Origin: Setoptus koraiensis | Taxonomy: Eukaryota > Animalia > Arthropoda | Assembly (NCBI GenBank): GCA_048013815.1 | Contig: CM106586.1 | Span: forward strand, 4,154,001-4,218,000 | Reading direction: 5' to 3' | DNA length: 64,000 bases | Shown: positions 60,167 to 64,000 of the stretch, piece after piece | Position numbering within the stretch: the first letter of the stretch is position 1 | Layout: the number at the start of each line of letters is the position of its first letter | Notes under the pieces: model-generated | Database searches by the model: none | Told to the model about the DNA's origin: nothing | What the model saw: only the letters and a program-made list of their open reading frames with translations | Position numbers and translations under genes: made by a program

Positions 60167-63100
60167 TTACATGAGCTGGTGGCTAATATGAGCCGCGTCT
60201 CCGGCAACAGATATTAGACATTGAGCTTGGTTTTTGTTTGAATGATATATGACACAGAATTGTTGCAAACGAAATGATAAAAATGCATTACCTCCTAATG
60301 CCGATACATGAGCCCTAACAATAGCATAAACTTCCATGAGAAAACAATGTATAAATCCATTCAATCCTCCATTCTCTCTTACACTATTTGTTTCGCGAAC
60401 AAACGAAAATGACAAATTACCTAAATAATGATAGTCTGTGGCGCCAGGAATGTAGCTCAAAGAGGTGATATCTATATTACAATTTGACGTCTCATGAGCA
60501 TGGCCACCGATACCACCAATGCCATTGGTTGTGGTTTTATTGGATCCGTTGGCTCCAAACTGCACTGAGCTTCGTCTCTTTCCGTTTGCACTGTTGCCAC
60601 TAGTTGGATGAGTGTTTAAACCAGGGGTTGTTGCCGATGTTGACGATGGATTATTTTTTTGACGTTGATGATTAGACGATTTCTTTTTACTTTTGCTAGT
60701 TTCCGGTGCTTGTGTCGTTGTTGTATCCTTTTCGGAAACCATTTTTTTCTTTGTCGGAGATTTCGCCGAGCTGCCACTTTTCGGAGTGGGTGAACCATTT
60801 GTGGTGACTTGTTGCTGACGTTGCTTGGCATGCTGAAACTTTTTGAAACTATATTTACTGACACCATTGCCCACTTGCTGTGCCAACTTGACCCTATGTT
60901 CCAGGGGCTCCTGACCATCTACAAGTTGTGCAATGGCGCCAGGATAAGTTGATTGCTTCTTGAAAACCGTTCTAGACGGACTAGTTGTGGCCTTTTTGGC
61001 TCCATTGGCCACATCATTGTTTTGCAAACGTCTGGTAGGATCAGAGGAGTCAGGTGAGGTCTCCTTGTTATCGTTGGTATTACTACTCATGCTAGACGAT
61101 TTGTTTGTTGACAACTCTGACAATTTCAACTTCAATTCTTGTCCTGCCTTCACAAGAGCTTGTTTCTTTTTAAGAAAACTTTTCGATGCTGTTGTCTCGG
61201 CTGATTTGTTGTCATTGTGCTCTGGCAATGTTTTTTTCGCATCATTCGCGGACTCTGTTGTAGAATTGCGTTGAGAATTTGTAGAGGAGGAAGAAGAGGA
61301 CGACGCCGTGGATGATGTCGTCGACGACGATGTTGTGCTAGAGCTAGTTGTTGCCGAACTAGAGGTTGTAGTGGATAGTGAATTCGACGAGGCCGATGTA
61401 GATGATGGCGAGGATGGGGACAACGAAGAAGAGGATATTTGCTTATTCTTGGATCCTGGAGCAGGATTTTGCTCGTTAACATTAGAATGCTGTTTGGTGC
61501 TAGTGTTAATCTGGGATGTTGTTGGCTGACAAAATGGATCGTTGTTTTGATTCATTACGTCGTTGGCTTGATATTGTTGCTGCTGTTGGGTGCTAGCAGG
61601 CTGCTGCAATCCAATCAAGCAACCAGTCACAGCTATCTGAACTATATCCGCTTCAGGTAAATCAACAACAAATTTAATATTGGTTAGGCAACAAGGTAAT
61701 GAGCGTCTTAATTTCACAAATAGACTCTGTATGATCCAATCAAATTGTTGAGCAAATTGTTTTATGCCTGTTAATTTGGCGCGCATAACTTGAGTGAACA
61801 TGTTTATGGAAGATATAGATGATGGCTGCAGGCTTGGATATGTCTCACTGTTGCACACAAAATAGCCGTAGGGCACCTCGCTATCAATCATGAGAGCTAT
61901 TATATCGGCGTCCTCATTGTCGTCCACTTCCAAAACAATGGTGTTGTTTAGCGAGCTTGAGCCGCCGCTAGTAACCGGAATATTCTGGTGCATTGACGCC
62001 GGTGCCTGATGGACACTCGCTTGCTGTTGCTGCTGACTACTGTTGCCACCACCTACGTCCTGGCTACCTGATTGCTTTTGATTGACCAGGTGACCCGACG
62101 ATTGTTGCTGTTCGTTTGTGACCGACGACGGCGGGGGCGACACCGACAAGGAATGATGCTGAGACTGGTAATTGGCCGACGACAATGATCTATCTAAACT
62201 TCTGAACTCCGAACCGGTGGTTGTCTTGCTATTCTGCTGGTTCAGGTGTGCCGAGTGTTCGGCAGGCGGTGTCGCAGTGTCTGGCGACGAGGTTGCCCCC
62301 GACTTTGCTGACACCGAAGAATCTCGGAGAGATTGTTGTTGCGTCAGTATTGCAGAACTGTTGTTGTCAGTGGACAATTTTGACTGTTCGTTGAGTTTCT
62401 TAGTGCCATTGGCTGGCACATTATGAGATGAGCTAGCGCCAATTGAGCCGGCTGTCAAGTTGGTGACATCATTAGCGGCGCTGCCCATGAGTAGACTGGC
62501 CGAATTAGGCTGACTATTGTCAACGGTGGGTATGATATTCTGATTGAATCTGCTCAGACCGTAATGCTCGCGATTTTTTATCGCGCTCACCGATATAATG
62601 CGCTGGATTTCGCTCAATTTAGACGCCTTTATTCCCTTGCCAGCGGATATCTGGGGCGGTTCGGGAGCGGGCAAGCCCAACACAAAACAGCCAGTTCCGG
62701 TGGCCACTCCTGTTAGCATGTTCTCGCCAACGGATATGTCCACAGTGAGACCATACAAACAATTCATGCCCAAAAACTTGAGCTTACTCAACAATTGCCT
62801 GTGCAATTCATATTCTAAAAATGGCAAGGCATCGTCGACCTCTTTGGCGCTGACCTCACCGTGCGAGTCGCGTTTGTTACGACAAACTCTTGCTTGTACC
62901 AAAGTGCCAATGCTGGCAGTATTTAGATTACTCGGTGGCTCTATGGTGAGCAACAGAACATCGGGGACCTTGTTCTGGTGGCATAGTGTACAATCGGCAA
63001 ACGAGGACACCGAATTGAGACAGGTCAATGGCGTATGGCACAAACTGCAATCGGGTTTGGCCGGAGCATTTTGCTTTGGACAACTGCTTGACGGTTGCTG

Positions 63101-64000
63101 TTGCTGATCGGTTTTTAATGATTGCTGCTGCGAAGTATTAGAATTGGTCTTGTTCAGTTTGCCGTCGCTCTCTAATTTTGTTGCCGGAATGTCGGACTGC
63201 TGAATCGTTGCTGCGTCTACGAAATCTTGGGCATAGATGATGGGCGTCGGCTTCAAGACGGCCGCTGTGCCCGAAGCGGACAAAATGCAAACATCCTCTC
63301 TAATGCGACTGTTTTCGCGATATCCCAAAATTGTGTTGCAGTTCAGTGATTTTGCATGAGATTTTATCTCTTTTCGTATCTCAGTCCACCAAGTGTCCCG
63401 TTTTTCGCTCTCGACATCGTTGATGATGTGCAATAACTTCACCGAATGCACCGACACAACTCCTCCAATTGACTGTATCATTCCATCTGGGTATTTTTTT
63501 ATTGTAACAAACGGATATTCGGCCTGTTGTATTCTGTTGGGATGGATGAATATATTGCGATTATCGTTGGCCTTGCACAGGCCAAGACTCAGATTTTGCT
63601 GTTTGATCATCTGCTGCAATAGATGCTGTTGTGTCTTGACAGTGCTAACAGATTGAGCAAATTGATAGGCTGGCTGTCTTAATTTTAGCGAAGAATGACT
63701 CGCTTGTTGTTGGTACTTGTGATGTTGTGGCGCATTTTGTGGATTGGACAAAATTGTGCGAGATTGTGACAAATGTCGGCTTGCCTGATCCGAGCCGGTG
63801 GCACTGGCATTAGTTTTGTTGTTTGTGGCCAACTTTGATGGATCGGCTTGATTCTGCATCATAGATATCGAGAGATCCGAATCAGATTTGTGCAAGGAGC
63901 CTCGCCGGCCATTGTTTATGGGCGCATAGTTGCTTTTCAGGCTGCTGCTAACCGCCTGAGGTGAGCTACTTGAGCTTTCGCTTCTCAAACATGGAATTGC
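60167..64000 (-). CDS. C2CD5: C2 domain-containing protein 5 (CDP138/KIAA0528), 5'-partial; one exon of at least 3.8 kb
   Basis: The frame is open to the window edge. Conserved blocks: IGGVVSVHSVKLL...RDTWWTEIRKEIKSHAKSL...CILSASGTAA; LPFLEYELHRQLLSKLKFLGMNCLYGL; and C-terminal YLGNLSFSFVRETNSVRENGGL...EVYAIVRAHVSALGGNA...AQCLISVAGDA. The C2 domain presumably lies upstream of the window. Confidence 0.88.
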   Translation of the reverse strand, partial: AIPCLRSESSSSSPQAVSSSLKSNYAPINNGRRGSLHKSDSDLSISMMQNQADPSKLATNNKTNASATGSDQASRHLSQSRTILSNPQNAPQHHKYQQQASHSSLKLRQPAYQFAQSVSTVKTQQHLLQQMIKQQNLSLGLCKANDNRNIFIHPNRIQQAEYPFVTIKKYPDGMIQSIGGVVSVHSVKLLHIINDVESEKRDTWWTEIRKEIKSHAKSLNCNTILGYRENSRIREDVCILSASGTAAVLKPTPIIYAQDFVDAATIQQSDIPATKLESDGKLNKTNSNTSQQQSLKTDQQQQPSSSCPKQNAPAKPDCSLCHTPLTCLNSVSSFADCTLCHQNKVPDVLLLTIEPPSNLNTASIGTLVQARVCRNKRDSHGEVSAKEVDDALPFLEYELHRQLLSKLKFLGMNCLYGLTVDISVGENMLTGVATGTGCFVLGLPAPEPPQISAGKGIKASKLSEIQRIISVSAIKNREHYGLSRFNQNIIPTVDNSQPNSASLLMGSAANDVTNLTAGSIGASSSHNVPANGTKKLNEQSKLSTDNNSSAILTQQQSLRDSSVSAKSGATSSPDTATPPAEHSAHLNQQNSKTTTGSEFRSLDRSLSSANYQSQHHSLSVSPPPSSVTNEQQQSSGHLVNQKQSGSQDVGGGNSSQQQQQASVHQAPASMHQNIPVTSGGSSSLNNTIVLEVDDNEDADIIALMIDSEVPYGYFVCNSETYPSLQPSSISSINMFTQVMRAKLTGIKQFAQQFDWIIQSLFVKLRRSLPCCLTNIKFVVDLPEADIVQIAVTGCLIGLQQPASTQQQQQYQANDVMNQNNDPFCQPTTSQINTSTKQHSNVNEQNPAPGSKNKQISSSSLSPSSPSSTSASSNSLSTTTSSSATTSSSTTSSSTTSSTASSSSSSSTNSQRNSTTESANDAKKTLPEHNDNKSAETTASKSFLKKKQALVKAGQELKLKLSELSTNKSSSMSSNTNDNKETSPDSSDPTRRLQNNDVANGAKKATTSPSRTVFKKQSTYPGAIAQLVDGQEPLEHRVKLAQQVGNGVSKYSFKKFQHAKQRQQQVTTNGSPTPKSGSSAKSPTKKKMVSEKDTTTTQAPETSKSKKKSSNHQRQKNNPSSTSATTPGLNTHPTSGNSANGKRRSSVQFGANGSNKTTTNGIGGIGGHAHETSNCNIDITSLSYIPGATDYHYLGNLSFSFVRETNSVRENGGLNGFIHCFLMEVYAIVRAHVSALGGNAFLSFRLQQFCVIYHSNKNQAQCLISVAGDAAHISHQLM

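Noticed and set aside
58983-63656. Antisense ORFs over PDHB and C2CD5 (e.g. 58983-59426, 62598-63107)
   Set aside because: These are shadow frames of well-supported genes on the opposite strand.

Overview
Eukaryotic (animal, arthropod-type) genomic DNA. I found no rRNA, tRNA, CRISPR array or recognisable transposase/RT. The window has three compartments. (1) 1-~9.4 kb is an AT-richer compact block with a KLF-type zinc-finger gene, CIAO3/NARFL and an ELOVL elongase. (2) ~9.5-51.6 kb is a GC-rich, gene-poor domain dense in GGGCCC/GGCC palindromes, microsatellites, short tandem repeats and hairpins. It holds only a 1405-aa orphan ORF (one C2H2 finger plus coiled coil) and an ELAV/Hu gene of the fne/Rbp9 type. 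(3) ~51.8-64 kb is a tightly packed block: a 4-exon secreted/peptide-precursor-like gene, PDPK1 apparently without its PH domain, PPIL2, a minimal CFDP1, PDHB and the 3' part of C2CD5. Most conserved genes are intronless and closely spaced, consistent with (not proof of) a genome-streamlined mite such as an eriophyoid. The main leads are as follows. A 189-bp-arm inverted repeat fills most of the PDPK1/PPIL2 divergent promoter region. The ELAV hinge intron carries a 272-codon His/Gln/Asn read-through tail, a 410-nt AG-free acceptor zone and tandem NAG acceptors. The GGGCCC/palindrome-rich domain is unexplained. The KLF and CIAO3 coding sequences overlap convergently by 11 nt. A perfect 27-bp hairpin sits at 35.3 kb. 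All homology calls are from motif recognition by eye; no database search was run.
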